Positions 41,826-52,020 are shown, counted from the first letter of the stretch. The stretch is DNA of 64,000 bases from an uncultured candidate division Zixibacteria bacterium (GCA_963713865.1 OY970208.1:864001-928000), one strand, 5' to 3'. Translations and numbers: made by a program. The notes: generated by a model from the sequence alone, not told the origin.

Positions 41826-43523
41826 TTAAGGAAAGATGGTAGGAAAGCTGATCAAAAAGGTGGTTCCTTTTCCTACCAGGCTTTCCACTTTTATCTCCCC
41901 TCTATGGTTTTTTATGATCTTCTGACAGGTAACCAGTCCCAGACCATGACCTTCTTTTTTGGTGGTGAAATGCGGCTCGAAGATCCGGTTTAAATTCTCC
42001 GGTGGTATTCCTAGTCCGTTGTCTTCTATTTTCACCCAGACCTTTTTCTCCAGCGGTTTATACTCACAGGAAATCAAGATCTCTCCTTTTCCCTCTGGCT
42101 TGATTCTGATGGCTTCGGCCGCATTGTTCAACAGGTTTAAGAAAACCTGCTGAATCTGTCCTCCATCTAACTCTAACAGAGGAAGCTCCGGATCAAAGTA
42201 GTGGTTTAATTTTATTCCTGAGAATTTACTCTGAGGTTTCAAGGAAAAGAGGAGGTCCTCTACTAAATTTTTCAGATCATACTTTTCCACCTGAGTTTCC
42301 AGCCTGGAGAAATCCATCAGTCCATCGGTGAAACGTTTCATAGTGTCAACGCTTTCTAAGATGGCTTTAGAATTAGCCGTGGCTTTATCCAGTTCTCCCT
42401 TCTTCAAATGCAGAGGAAGTAGCTCGGCATTATTCAGGATTATAGTAAGGTAATTATTTAACTCATGTCCGATAGAAGCCGCCATTTCCCCTGTGGCTAC
42501 AAGCTTTTCAGATTGGATCAGCCTTTTTTCTAAAAGGACCTTATCGGTAATATCCTCCACCACTAAAATTAATCCCATAATTCGATTTTCCACGTTATGC
42601 AGGGGACTAACCTTTAAGGACAGGACTAACTCTTCTTTTTCGAACTTATAAAAAGACTTAGCCTCTTCGTAAGGCTGACTGGTATAGAGAACCTGATAAC
42701 AGATCTTCTTCCATTTGTTTCTCTCTTCTGTAGGAATTAAATCTAAAATGGAGACCTGGCTTAAGGACAGATTAATTAACTCCTCTCTCCAGCCGGTCTT
42801 CTTGAAAATTTCTTTAGAGGCCTGGTTAGCTATGGTGATCTGAAGACTGTTATCCACCACGATCAGACCAATCGGGGTACGGCTGACTACGTTTTCGTTA
42901 TAAATTTTCAGAGCTAAAAGATTTTCGTAGAGCTTGGCGTTCTCGATAGCTATGGCTGCCTGTCCAGCAAAAAGCTCAAAGAGATGAAGGTCGCTCTGTA
43001 AAAACACGTTACTTTTGGAGGAGTTATCCAGGTATAAGATCCCGATGACCTTTTCCTTACTTTTAAGGGGGACGCACATAATCGATTTCAGATTGAGCTC
43101 TAAGATGCTTTTCTGTTTGGAGAACCTTTCATCGTTCAGAGCATCGCTGGTATAGGTCGACTCAGCATTTGAGGCCACCTTATTAGCGATGGACATGCTT
43201 ATCCTGAAATCCTCTTTGTTCAAGGATTCCTTGGAGATATTATGGGCGGTCTTGAACTGAAGCTCTCCCGTATCATCTAAAAGCATCAGAAAGCCTCTTT
43301 CCGCTCTTAACAGGGAAACTGCCTTTTTCATCACTGTTTGGAGGATGTCATCCAGCACCAGCGAGGAGTTGATGGCCTGGCTGACCTCCAGGAGCGCTTC
43401 TAAATCATCATTTTTGAATTTCACTGAATTGTTGTTCTGCAAACGGGGGTGTGCAGTTTGAACTTTCTGGAAGAGGCTTTCCATTTCTTCCAGTGCGGTT
43501 CTGGTTTTTTTTGGGAACCCCAC
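41826..43523 (-). CDS. Cytoplasmic GAF-PAS histidine kinase
   Basis: GAF (SIMCVPL, AAIAIENA), HELNN H-box, NLLNNA, DNG.GI, FEPHFTTK, GLGL. Confidence 0.93.
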   Translation of the reverse strand: MGFPKKTRTALEEMESLFQKVQTAHPRLQNNNSVKFKNDDLEALLEVSQAINSSLVLDDILQTVMKKAVSLLRAERGFLMLLDDTGELQFKTAHNISKESLNKEDFRISMSIANKVASNAESTYTSDALNDERFSKQKSILELNLKSIMCVPLKSKEKVIGILYLDNSSKSNVFLQSDLHLFELFAGQAAIAIENAKLYENLLALKIYNENVVSRTPIGLIVVDNSLQITIANQASKEIFKKTGWREELINLSLSQVSILDLIPTEERNKWKKICYQVLYTSQPYEEAKSFYKFEKEELVLSLKVSPLHNVENRIMGLILVVEDITDKVLLEKRLIQSEKLVATGEMAASIGHELNNYLTIILNNAELLPLHLKKGELDKATANSKAILESVDTMKRFTDGLMDFSRLETQVEKYDLKNLVEDLLFSLKPQSKFSGIKLNHYFDPELPLLELDGGQIQQVFLNLLNNAAEAIRIKPEGKGEILISCEYKPLEKKVWVKIEDNGLGIPPENLNRIFEPHFTTKKEGHGLGLVTCQKIIKNHRGEIKVESLVGKGTTFLISFPTIFP

Positions 43524-44012
43524 TGTTACTCATCTTCCTCCTCCAATCCCTGCTCTAAAATCGGGGTTGTTTACGACACGGAAATTCATTTATTTTTATC
43601 GGCAGAAAATTTTTTTTTATAATCAACCAACAGCGAAAAAATCAGCCTTCCCCGATAGATATGTGATCTCAAAGATACCCCTTTGCTCCAATCGGAGATG
43701 GCGTAGAGACGCATCGAATGCGTCTAACAATTCTTGCATCATCACGGATGATGCACTCCATATAATCGGTAAATTCACCTTTGCCCCAAGGTAGGTTTGT
43801 TTTACTTCCCTCTCCCCTTATGGCAGATAAAAGTATTATGGTCTTACAGAGGCATTGCTCCTCGTAGAGGAGAGGAATAGGGAGAAGGAGCCATTTTATC
43901 TTCACCCTCCCCTTTATCCCCTCCCATCAAGGGAGGGGAAATAAATGTGACCGTCGGGTCCCCTGACCCGACGGAAACTATATCAGTAGACCCACCTTGC
44001 CTCAAGGTGGGA

Positions 44013-44675
44013 TTAGGTCTGATTAGAGAAATAGTCTTTCAACGCCTGACGGTGAGACTGGAAAGCGATATTTGAGGGGATATTATTTACAGGGAAAAAT
44101 TTAGTTTCAGAGGCATCGTCTCCGGGCTTAAGTTCTCCTCTTAGGATTTCTGCCAGATACACGATAAGAATTGCCCTGACTCTGGGGTCATCTGAGCCTG
44201 AGTAAACTTTGAACAGTCCTGTTAATTTCACTTCCAGGTTAGTCTCTTCTTTTGTTTCTCGCAGAGCACAGCTTTCAGGTGATTCACCATATTCTATAAA
44301 CCCAGCCGGCAGGCTCCAGTCACCTTTATAGGGATTATATCTTCTTCTGACCAATAGGACCTGACCTTCTTTTTCGATAATCACTCCTGCGGCCGGGGCT
44401 GGATTACGGTATAAGACGAATCTGCATACTGGACAGACTTTTCTCAAGTTGTGGTCTATCATCTTCTTGACTAACTCTGCACTACAACGCGGGCAATATC
44501 TAAAATCATTTTCTTTTCTCAGATATTTAGCATAAAGGAATTCTTCCTGCTCCTCTTCGTTTTTAGAAAATTTACTTTGCCTTTTATAAACTTTCCTACT
44601 TTCCTTTATCCGGGTCACAGGAGAAATAGACCAGCTTTTTCTAAGTTTGGGTTTTTTGATTTTTATTTTGTCCAT
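44013..44675 (-). CDS. Zinc-ribbon NUDIX hydrolase with a basic N-terminal extension
   Basis: CPRC/CPVC; Nudix box GFIEYGESPESCALRETKEETNL. Confidence 0.9.
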   Translation of the reverse strand: MDKIKIKKPKLRKSWSISPVTRIKESRKVYKRQSKFSKNEEEQEEFLYAKYLRKENDFRYCPRCSAELVKKMIDHNLRKVCPVCRFVLYRNPAPAAGVIIEKEGQVLLVRRRYNPYKGDWSLPAGFIEYGESPESCALRETKEETNLEVKLTGLFKVYSGSDDPRVRAILIVYLAEILRGELKPGDDASETKFFPVNNIPSNIAFQSHRQALKDYFSNQT

Positions 44676-44684
44676 AGCTTATTC

Positions 44685-47348
44685 TTAATCTTTGTAAATC
44701 GGAGTATTAGTTCTCTCAGAAATCTCTTTTAAGGCATTGAAAGCAGATACTTTGACCTCACCAAATGGAAAGATTTCTTCTATATCATTTAACAATGATT
44801 TTAAACTCTCCACTGCTTTTTTATCACCAATCTCCCCTAAGGCATCTGCTGCACTCCCCCTAACCTTACTGTCTTCATCTTTCAATAGTTCAATTAGAGG
44901 CTCAACTGCTTCTTCAGCCTGGATTTCACCTAAGGCATCAGCGGCATGTCTTCTGACAACACTTTTTTTATCTTTAAGCAGTTCAATCAGGGGCTCAACT
45001 GCTTCTTCAGCCTGAGTTTCACCTAAGGCATCTGCTGCACTTCCCCTAACCTCACTGTCTTCATCTTTCAATAGATCAATCAGAGGCGAAACTGCATTCT
45101 CTGACTTTATCTGTCCTAAGGCATCTGCTGCAATCCCCCTAACCTCACTGTCTTCATCTTTCAATAGATCAATCAGAGGCGAAACTGCATTCTCTGACTT
45201 TATCTGTCCTAAGACATCTGCTGCACTCCCTCTAATCTCACTGTCTTCATCTTTCAATAGCTCAATCAGAGGCAATACCGCACTCTCTGCTTTTATCTGC
45301 CCTAAGGCATATGCAGCACACACTATTACATCAATCTCTTTATCCTTCAATAGCTCAATCAGAGGCAATACCGCACTCTCGGCTTTTATCTGCCCTAAGG
45401 CATATGCGGCACGCCCTCTTACATAGCTCTCTTCATCCTTCAATAGCTCTATCAGAGGCAATACCGCACTCTCCGCTTTTATCTGCCCTAAGGCATATGC
45501 GGCACGCCCTCTTACATCACTCTCTTTAGCCTTAGTATTTTCAATGAATTTCTGAATTATCTTCTGATCTTTAATCTCTTTTAATATTCCTAAAGCAGTT
45601 TCCCTGGAGAGGTTAAATTCCTTTGTATTCCAGTAAATATTGTATAGTGCCTTTGTGATTCGGGTTCTCATCTCAGTTGATGCTGATAAACTTTCAGCCA
45701 GACATCTTCCAGCTAAAAAGAGATTAGTATAAAATAGGTCCTCTTTTTCTTCTAAGATTTTATTTAACAGGTTGGTGGTATCTTTCATCCCGCAGTAGAG
45801 CAGGGTAACCTCTAACCAGTATTTATCCCTTTTTTTGGTTAAAAGAAAATTCTCTAAGCTATTATCTGAAATATATCTTGCGGTTAAAAACTCTTGAAAA
45901 GTTAAATGAGTGAAACCGAAATATCCTAATTTAGTTTCGACTAGAATTCCACACCTGTCTTTGATATCATTTAGTAAGTCACCAGCTTTCTCTTTAGGAA
46001 TACCTATTTTTGGTAATTCATTCTCAAGATATTCAATGACTTTTTCTCTTTTTTCTTCCCTGAGACCATTTTTATGCAAATGAAAAGCAATAGGTTGTAA
46101 AATAACTCTTTTCTGAGTTGCCTTAAGTTCTCTGGCGATCCCTTTGGCTGCATCCCAGTGAAAAAGTAGAACATCACAGCATTCATCATAAAGTTCCACT
46201 CTTCTTTCAGGAAGATGTCCTCTATATCGATGTACTAAGGAAATTATGGTTAGCAAAAGAGGATTTACAGTCAAGGCTTCTATTTTTGGATGTTCTTTTA
46301 TGGCTTTGAGCAGGTCATCTGCTTCCTTCTCTGCTTGTTTTAAAGTGAATGCACTATCATCCCCCCTCACCTTGATGTTAACGGTTCTGGTCCAGTATTT
46401 TATAAACTCCTCTATTTGCTCAAGGGCAAAATCGAGGATGTGCAGTTCTAAAAAGTCGTTATAAAGACGAGCAGTCTCATACCCATAGGGCCTGGAAGTG
46501 GCAATAAATATGTTTTTTGGATAAGCTGTTGCAAGTTCATCCACCCATTTCGCAACTTTAAACCTTTGTTCTACATCAGCTACTTCATCCAAGCCATCTA
46601 AGAGAATAAGACAGTTGCCTTCATCTAATTTTTTCTTAAAAAAATCTTCTGGGGGAGAATGTGGAAACTCTATGTAGTTATTATAATTTTCAACAAATTT
46701 TTTTATATCTAAAAATCCTCCTTTTGTTGTATCCCGCAGGTTTATAAAGATTGGTAAGAGATTATTTTCAATTCCAAAAACTTCTTTTACAGATTTTCTG
46801 GCAAATTTCAAAGCTAAGTAGTTAAGCAAAGTAGTTTTCCCGCTTCCAGGAGTTCCAATTACTATTAATCTTTTTTGGGTTAAAGTGAGAAGTTCTTTCA
46901 ATTCGTAGTTTCTTTCCGATAATAATTTTATTATTTCCATTCTTTCTAGAATTTCAAATTCATTCTTTATTTTTTCTCGAGCTTCTATAGTTTCAAGGTT
47001 TTCAGATTCACGAACAAACTCTTCGTTTTCCACTTTTGATATAAATTCCTCAAATGCCCATCGGGATTTAGGTCCCTTCACTCTTAAAAAAACAAAGACC
47101 TTTTCTAATTCAATTGCTACGGGGGCATTTGTTTTTATTCCTCTAACGTTTAAAAATTTAAATCTATTAATTAACCATTCTCTATATTTCTGCTCAAATT
47201 TTTTGGTGGCAAATAGCTTTTTTATATTTTTGCGAGTCCAACCTAAGAATCTTCTGATTGGTTTCAATATGATTTCAGCGATTATAGCGAATATGAATGC
47301 TAAGATTATTGGTATCCACTGTTCTTTAATAAAATTTTCTTTGGTCAT
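44685..47348 (-). CDS. NACHT NTPase with N-terminal TM and C-terminal HEAT repeats
   Basis: GTPGSGKTT, LLDGLDEV, ATSRP, NPLLLT, FTHLTFQEFL; 8 HEAT repeats. Confidence 0.92.
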   Translation of the reverse strand: MTKENFIKEQWIPIILAFIFAIIAEIILKPIRRFLGWTRKNIKKLFATKKFEQKYREWLINRFKFLNVRGIKTNAPVAIELEKVFVFLRVKGPKSRWAFEEFISKVENEEFVRESENLETIEAREKIKNEFEILERMEIIKLLSERNYELKELLTLTQKRLIVIGTPGSGKTTLLNYLALKFARKSVKEVFGIENNLLPIFINLRDTTKGGFLDIKKFVENYNNYIEFPHSPPEDFFKKKLDEGNCLILLDGLDEVADVEQRFKVAKWVDELATAYPKNIFIATSRPYGYETARLYNDFLELHILDFALEQIEEFIKYWTRTVNIKVRGDDSAFTLKQAEKEADDLLKAIKEHPKIEALTVNPLLLTIISLVHRYRGHLPERRVELYDECCDVLLFHWDAAKGIARELKATQKRVILQPIAFHLHKNGLREEKREKVIEYLENELPKIGIPKEKAGDLLNDIKDRCGILVETKLGYFGFTHLTFQEFLTARYISDNSLENFLLTKKRDKYWLEVTLLYCGMKDTTNLLNKILEEKEDLFYTNLFLAGRCLAESLSASTEMRTRITKALYNIYWNTKEFNLSRETALGILKEIKDQKIIQKFIENTKAKESDVRGRAAYALGQIKAESAVLPLIELLKDEESYVRGRAAYALGQIKAESAVLPLIELLKDKEIDVIVCAAYALGQIKAESAVLPLIELLKDEDSEIRGSAADVLGQIKSENAVSPLIDLLKDEDSEVRGIAADALGQIKSENAVSPLIDLLKDEDSEVRGSAADALGETQAEEAVEPLIELLKDKKSVVRRHAADALGEIQAEEAVEPLIELLKDEDSKVRGSAADALGEIGDKKAVESLKSLLNDIEEIFPFGEVKVSAFNALKEISERTNTPIYKD
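44781..45524 (-). repeat. Eight tandem 93-bp units encoding 31-aa HEAT repeats
   Basis: Repeated VRG.AA.ALG.I....AV.PLI.LLKDE with near-identical DNA between neighbours. Confidence 0.9.
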
Positions 47349-47576
47349 ATTTTAAATATAAAGATACTTTTGAAAAAGTAAAGAAATTTAAGCGGGCAGG
47401 GGTGCCTGTCTTATGAAAGCAATTGCGAGAGACCACCCCGGTAAAACGGGTTTCGCTTCGCTCAACAAGGGTCTCCCCTACGTTTTTAAAATCGGTAAAC
47501 TCACCTTGCCCACAAGGTGGGTTTTACTCTGGTTCGGGAAATCCAATTCCCGAACCAACAATCTAATAAAAAATCC

Positions 47577-49793
47577 TTACAAAATCTTCAATATAACCAT
47601 CGTGAAATCATCATACAACGATACACTCTGGGCGAAGCTTTCCACCTCTTTTATAATTAGCTCTTTTAATTTTTCAGGAGAGAGTTTTCTATTTTCCAAA
47701 AGGAGTTCCAAAAGCCTATCCTCTCCAAACATCTCCTGTTTTTCATTGAAATTCTCAGTCAGCCCATCCGAGTAAAAGAAAGCCAGGTCCTCCGGCTCAA
47801 GGAATATTTCTTCTCTCTTGTAAGTTGCCTCAGGGAATGCTCCCAAGATAAGACCTCCGGTCTGAAGGAATTCTATTCTCTGGTCTTTACGGATTATTAT
47901 AGGATAGTTATGCCCGGCATTGCAATAGTTGAGTTTTCGGGTAAAAGGATTAAACTCACCGTAGAACATGGTGGCAAATCTTCCGGAAGAGACTGAGGAG
48001 GTGATAAGCTGGTTTATACTGGAGATGATCTCTGAGGGCTCTAATCTATCCTTTATCACTGCCCTCAGGGATGCATGTAAAAGAGAGACCATCAATGCGG
48101 CTGGAACCCCTTTACCCGATGCATCTGCTATGGCAATCCCCAGGGAGCCATCTTCTTTTTCCAGGAAATCGTAATAATCACCCCCAACCTGATGAGCTGG
48201 CTGGGTATAAGCTGAAAGCTCAAAAGCCTTCCCTTTTGGAAAAGACTTGGGCAATAGCCCAATCTGGATCTGTCTGGCAACTAAAAGCTCTTCCTCTATT
48301 TTCTGTCTTTGCAGAGACTCCTGATAGAGCCGGGAATTTTTATAGGCAATAACGAACTGGTTGGCTAAGGTTCTTAAAAGGGTCAGGTCCTCATAGCTGA
48401 ATTTGAAACCGGTTATCTTTTTGGTCAGCCCGAAAAATCCGATGAACTCCTCCGGGCTGAAAAGGGGAACGATCAGGAATACGTCTGATTCAGATAAAGT
48501 TTTGAAAAGAGGACTTTCTTTTTCTGGCTCCAGCTCATCCAGGAAAAAGGGCCTGTCCTTATTTCTTAGATTTTCGGCCAGCGGGTCAGCTCCGGTAAAG
48601 GAAATGTTCTTTCCCTCTGAAAACAGGGAAAATCTCTCATTTTTTGAATCGCATAAACAGAGGTAAACTTCCTCCACTAACATCTCCTTTTTTAAAGTAT
48701 CGAAGATGGTCTGCTTAAGCTCATTCAGGTCCAGAATGGAGATAATCTTGCGGCTGAAAGTCTCCATCATTATGCGGTAGTCCGCTTTATCTTTCAAAAA
48801 CAATTTTTTTACCAGCTCATCCATCCACCCCATAATCGGCTGGAAAAGAAGGATAGCTAAGATCAAATAACTTATCTCTAAGATCGGAACTTTGCGTCCT
48901 AAAAGGCTCTGCATAAAATTACTCAACTGGGTTATCAGAAGAAAATAGATTCCTAAGAGAAGAGCAGAGGTCAAGGAATATACCAGGCTCTGTCTTACCA
49001 GGGTCCGGATATCCAAAAAGCGATAGCGGATAATAGCCCAGGCAATAGAACCACCGCCAACTAAAAGAGCAGTAATAGTCAGGGCATACCTTAGAGTGTC
49101 CGGAATTCTTAAATTAACCAAGGCAGGCAATATAAAAGCAAAAGCATAAAGACCGGTAGAGGACCTGATCCCCCAGGTAACCAATTTAGCCTGATTTTTT
49201 AACCTGCTCTGGGCTAATTTCTTCGTTCCCTGATAAAGGAAAAAACCCGCCAGGAAAAGATAGGTTAAGTTTACGATCGAAAAGAACTGCAGATGAAACC
49301 GGTAGAGGACCTCAATGGTTAGAGATAAAAACTTAAGAAGATAGATTAAAGGCTGCAAAAGGAAACTTCCCAATCCGGACCTGTTTTCCAGGGAGGTCAG
49401 ATCGATGATTTTTTTCGGCTCGTATAAAAACAAGACCAGCAGGATATGAAAAATATGGGGGATGAAAATCAAAATCTTCATCCGGAGATGTCTTTTAATA
49501 AAAGGATTTTCTATCGGAAATACTAAAGAGAAAAGCAGGAGCTGGGGAAAGAAAAGCTCCCACAAATAGAAAATATTGGAGTATAAAAGGGAATTGGCCG
49601 GTTGAACTCCGGTTGACCTGAGGATAGTTCCAAACGCAGCAAAGAGCGGGCCTAAACCGGCGAATAAAAGCATCAAGCTGGTTATCCGGTTTAACCTGAC
49701 CCGATAGTCCTCAGAAAGGATAGTAGCCCCTAAAAAGAAAAGGACTATCCCGCAGACAAGGTATACCCCGGCAACTAAATTCAAAAGGCTCAT
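47577..49793 (-). CDS. Multi-TM, GAF, SpoIIE/RsbU-type PP2C phosphatase
   Basis: VGGDYYDF, IADASGKGVPAA, CNAGHN, YSDGLTE, DDFT. Confidence 0.92.
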   Translation of the reverse strand: MSLLNLVAGVYLVCGIVLFFLGATILSEDYRVRLNRITSLMLLFAGLGPLFAAFGTILRSTGVQPANSLLYSNIFYLWELFFPQLLLFSLVFPIENPFIKRHLRMKILIFIPHIFHILLVLFLYEPKKIIDLTSLENRSGLGSFLLQPLIYLLKFLSLTIEVLYRFHLQFFSIVNLTYLFLAGFFLYQGTKKLAQSRLKNQAKLVTWGIRSSTGLYAFAFILPALVNLRIPDTLRYALTITALLVGGGSIAWAIIRYRFLDIRTLVRQSLVYSLTSALLLGIYFLLITQLSNFMQSLLGRKVPILEISYLILAILLFQPIMGWMDELVKKLFLKDKADYRIMMETFSRKIISILDLNELKQTIFDTLKKEMLVEEVYLCLCDSKNERFSLFSEGKNISFTGADPLAENLRNKDRPFFLDELEPEKESPLFKTLSESDVFLIVPLFSPEEFIGFFGLTKKITGFKFSYEDLTLLRTLANQFVIAYKNSRLYQESLQRQKIEEELLVARQIQIGLLPKSFPKGKAFELSAYTQPAHQVGGDYYDFLEKEDGSLGIAIADASGKGVPAALMVSLLHASLRAVIKDRLEPSEIISSINQLITSSVSSGRFATMFYGEFNPFTRKLNYCNAGHNYPIIIRKDQRIEFLQTGGLILGAFPEATYKREEIFLEPEDLAFFYSDGLTENFNEKQEMFGEDRLLELLLENRKLSPEKLKELIIKEVESFAQSVSLYDDFTMVILKIL

Positions 49794-49795
49794 TT

Positions 49796-50236
49796 TCAGG
49801 TCTTTTTATCTTTTTTCAGATATTTGGTAAGGCGAACCACTGTTCCACCCTCTTTTTTGAAGATAAAATCGACTTTGTCCATAAGAGATCTCAGGATGAA
49901 TATACCCCGGCCCACTTCTTTAAAAAGGTTTTCCTCGGTTATGGGACAGGGCAGAGTATTTAAATCAAACCCCTTCCCCTCATCCTCTACCTCTATGGTG
50001 ATTGAGGATTCATCGGATTCAAGATGGAGAGTCACTTGCTTGGCGGGATCGTTCTTATTCCCGTGCACGATGGCATTATTGACTACCTCGGTGACCGAGA
50101 TGGCGATATCAGCTAACTGGTCTTTATTCAGACCTAATTTTTTTAACCTCTTCTCCACGAAATTGTCAACCTTAGCTAGATAGATCTGGGAGCTGGGGAT
50201 TATTATCAAATTATCTTTGCGGATTATCTTTTGCAT
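49796..50236 (-). CDS. RsbW/SpoIIAB-like anti-sigma factor kinase
   Basis: EVVNNAIVHGN, DEGKGF, GRGIFI. Confidence 0.9.
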   Translation of the reverse strand: MQKIIRKDNLIIIPSSQIYLAKVDNFVEKRLKKLGLNKDQLADIAISVTEVVNNAIVHGNKNDPAKQVTLHLESDESSITIEVEDEGKGFDLNTLPCPITEENLFKEVGRGIFILRSLMDKVDFIFKKEGGTVVRLTKYLKKDKKT

Positions 50237-50246
50237 ATTTTAAATT

Positions 50247-50275
50247 AAAAAAGGTAGGCTTATCGACCTACCTTT
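50247..50275 (-). terminator. Terminator-like hairpin between the STAS and RsbW-like genes
   Basis: Minus strand AAAGGTAGG-tcgataag-CCTACC followed by TTTTTT. Confidence 0.6.
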
Positions 50276-50310
50276 AGATTTTTTCAGGGGTTATTAGAAT
50301 AAAAGAGCCT

Positions 50311-50649
50311 TTATTTAAAGCTTTGAACTGCCTGCTCAACAGTATCAAAGGTCTCAAAGACAGTTATGAGTTTGGTTATGGTCAAAAGGCTCTGAATCTT
50401 TTCAGTTACATTTGCCAGTTTGAGCTCTCCGCCATTGTTACGCATAGTGGTTAGACCGGAGATCAAAATACCCAGGCCGGTGCTGTTCATCCAGTCAACT
50501 TTAGCCAGGTCGATTACAACCTTTTTCTTTCCCTGATTTATCAGCTCATGCAATGAATCGTGTAAAATTGTCGCATCCGGACCTCCCATAATCTTTCCCT
50601 TAGGTTCCAGGATCATTATCCCTTTATTCTCGCTGGAAGTCAACTTCAT
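50311..50649 (-). CDS. STAS anti-sigma factor antagonist (RsbV/SpoIIAA-like)
   Basis: IDLAKVDWMNSTGLG, GGELKL, LLTITKL. Confidence 0.92.
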   Translation of the reverse strand: MKLTSSENKGIMILEPKGKIMGGPDATILHDSLHELINQGKKKVVIDLAKVDWMNSTGLGILISGLTTMRNNGGELKLANVTEKIQSLLTITKLITVFETFDTVEQAVQSFK

Positions 50650-50727
50650 TCTTTTCCTCCTAATTTAACTTTTACGCAGTATGAGATATTAAGTTTCAGA
50701 TAGTCTCGAACTTATTTTTTGGAAAAT

Positions 50728-51168
50728 CTATTTAAAGAGCGCCTTGATCTTTCCCCAGGTGGTAAGATTTAGCACTCCCATAGTATTTAAGTTTATATCT
50801 ACTCGCCGGTTGCCAGATGAAGCTTCGAAGAGGGTGGCACCTGAATATTCCTTAACCTTTAAGGTTATATAATCATCCTTTTCCCATCCATCTTTTCCAG
50901 GGGTAGAAGGGTTATCAGCCGGGATAGAAAGGGTATATTCTCCATTCGAAACCACAGTGTCAGCATATTGTTCCCCGCCGATATAAGCCATCACCTTACA
51001 ACCATCCGGGACAGCCTTATCTTTATATTTAACCGTGCCAAAAGGCTGGCAGAGAGAAACACTGGATTGACCGCTAACTTTTATGCTCAAGGTTATACAG
51101 AAAAGGATTATATAACCTATCCCGCTTAATCTAAAAATCCTCATTACCCCTCTCATAAAGTTCTTCAA
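50728..51168 (-). CDS. Small secreted protein with C-terminal TTWGKIKALFK motif (start probably ATG at 51144)
   Basis: Signal peptide, small beta-rich domain, TWGxIK tail. Confidence 0.75.
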   Translation of the reverse strand: MKNFMRGVMRIFRLSGIGYIILFCITLSIKVSGQSSVSLCQPFGTVKYKDKAVPDGCKVMAYIGGEQYADTVVSNGEYTLSIPADNPSTPGKDGWEKDDYITLKVKEYSGATLFEASSGNRRVDINLNTMGVLNLTTWGKIKALFK

Positions 51169-51175
51169 CCTTGCT

Positions 51176-51203
51176 ATTATAGAGATATTATACGATTTGT
51201 CAA
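51176..51203 (-). promoter_or_regulatory. Consensus sigma70 promoter
   Basis: Minus strand TTGACA-16-TATAAT. Confidence 0.75.
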
Positions 51204-51213
51204 GGGAAATTAA

Positions 51214-52020
51214 TCACTTTTTTAAAAAAAATCTCTGATAAACCTTCCAGAGTTTGAAGTAATTATTTGCCCCCAAGAAAGTTTTTAAAATACCCAGGAG
51301 TCTATCTTTAAGCTTCTTTTTTAAATAGAGCTTTTTGTCCATATTTACCAAAGAGATAAAATAAGAAAAAGAGTCATCAGCTCTTAATGAGACTCTCTTT
51401 AGCTCAAACGGGGCAGTCTTATTTTCATTCCAGCTGAATTCAGAAGTGCAAATCCCTTTAAAGCCAAGCTCCTTTGTAATTCTTTTTACATTAGCACTAT
51501 GGTACCCTCCAGGTAAACTCAAAAGATTAATCTCTTTTCCGATTATCTCCTCTAACATTTTTTTTGAATCCAGAAGCTCTGATTTCAGTTCATCATCATT
51601 AAGTGTAGATAAAAATTTATGAGTCTTACCATGAGAGCCGAACTCCATCCCTTCCTGGTTCATCTCTAAAATTTGGGATTTTAGCAGATGACCGGATTTT
51701 TCGATAAAATCACTGGTCAGAAAGAAAGTGGCTTTGAAACCAAATTTTTCAAGCAGAGGAAAAGCTACAGTATAATCGGTCTGGTTACCATCATCAAAAG
51801 TTATTATTAAAGTTTTATCCGGAAAAGAGGTTTTTCCCTGCAGATACTCCAATAGCTGGTTTAAATTAAGAGTTTTCCACCCGTTTGAATTTAGATACTC
51901 TAACTGTTTTGAAAACTCCTTTTCTTTTACTGAGAAAACTATCTCTTCAGGACTAACCATTGAGAGGTCATCTTCTTCAGACAAAATCCGGTGATATAGA
52001 AGTATCAATATTTTATCCAA
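51214..52020 (-). CDS. Polysaccharide deacetylase (CE4)
   Basis: LLYHRI, ITFDDG, ATFF, GSHG..H, LPGG. Confidence 0.92.
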   Translation of the reverse strand: MDKILILLYHRILSEEDDLSMVSPEEIVFSVKEKEFSKQLEYLNSNGWKTLNLNQLLEYLQGKTSFPDKTLIITFDDGNQTDYTVAFPLLEKFGFKATFFLTSDFIEKSGHLLKSQILEMNQEGMEFGSHGKTHKFLSTLNDDELKSELLDSKKMLEEIIGKEINLLSLPGGYHSANVKRITKELGFKGICTSEFSWNENKTAPFELKRVSLRADDSFSYFISLVNMDKKLYLKKKLKDRLLGILKTFLGANNYFKLWKVYQRFFLKK

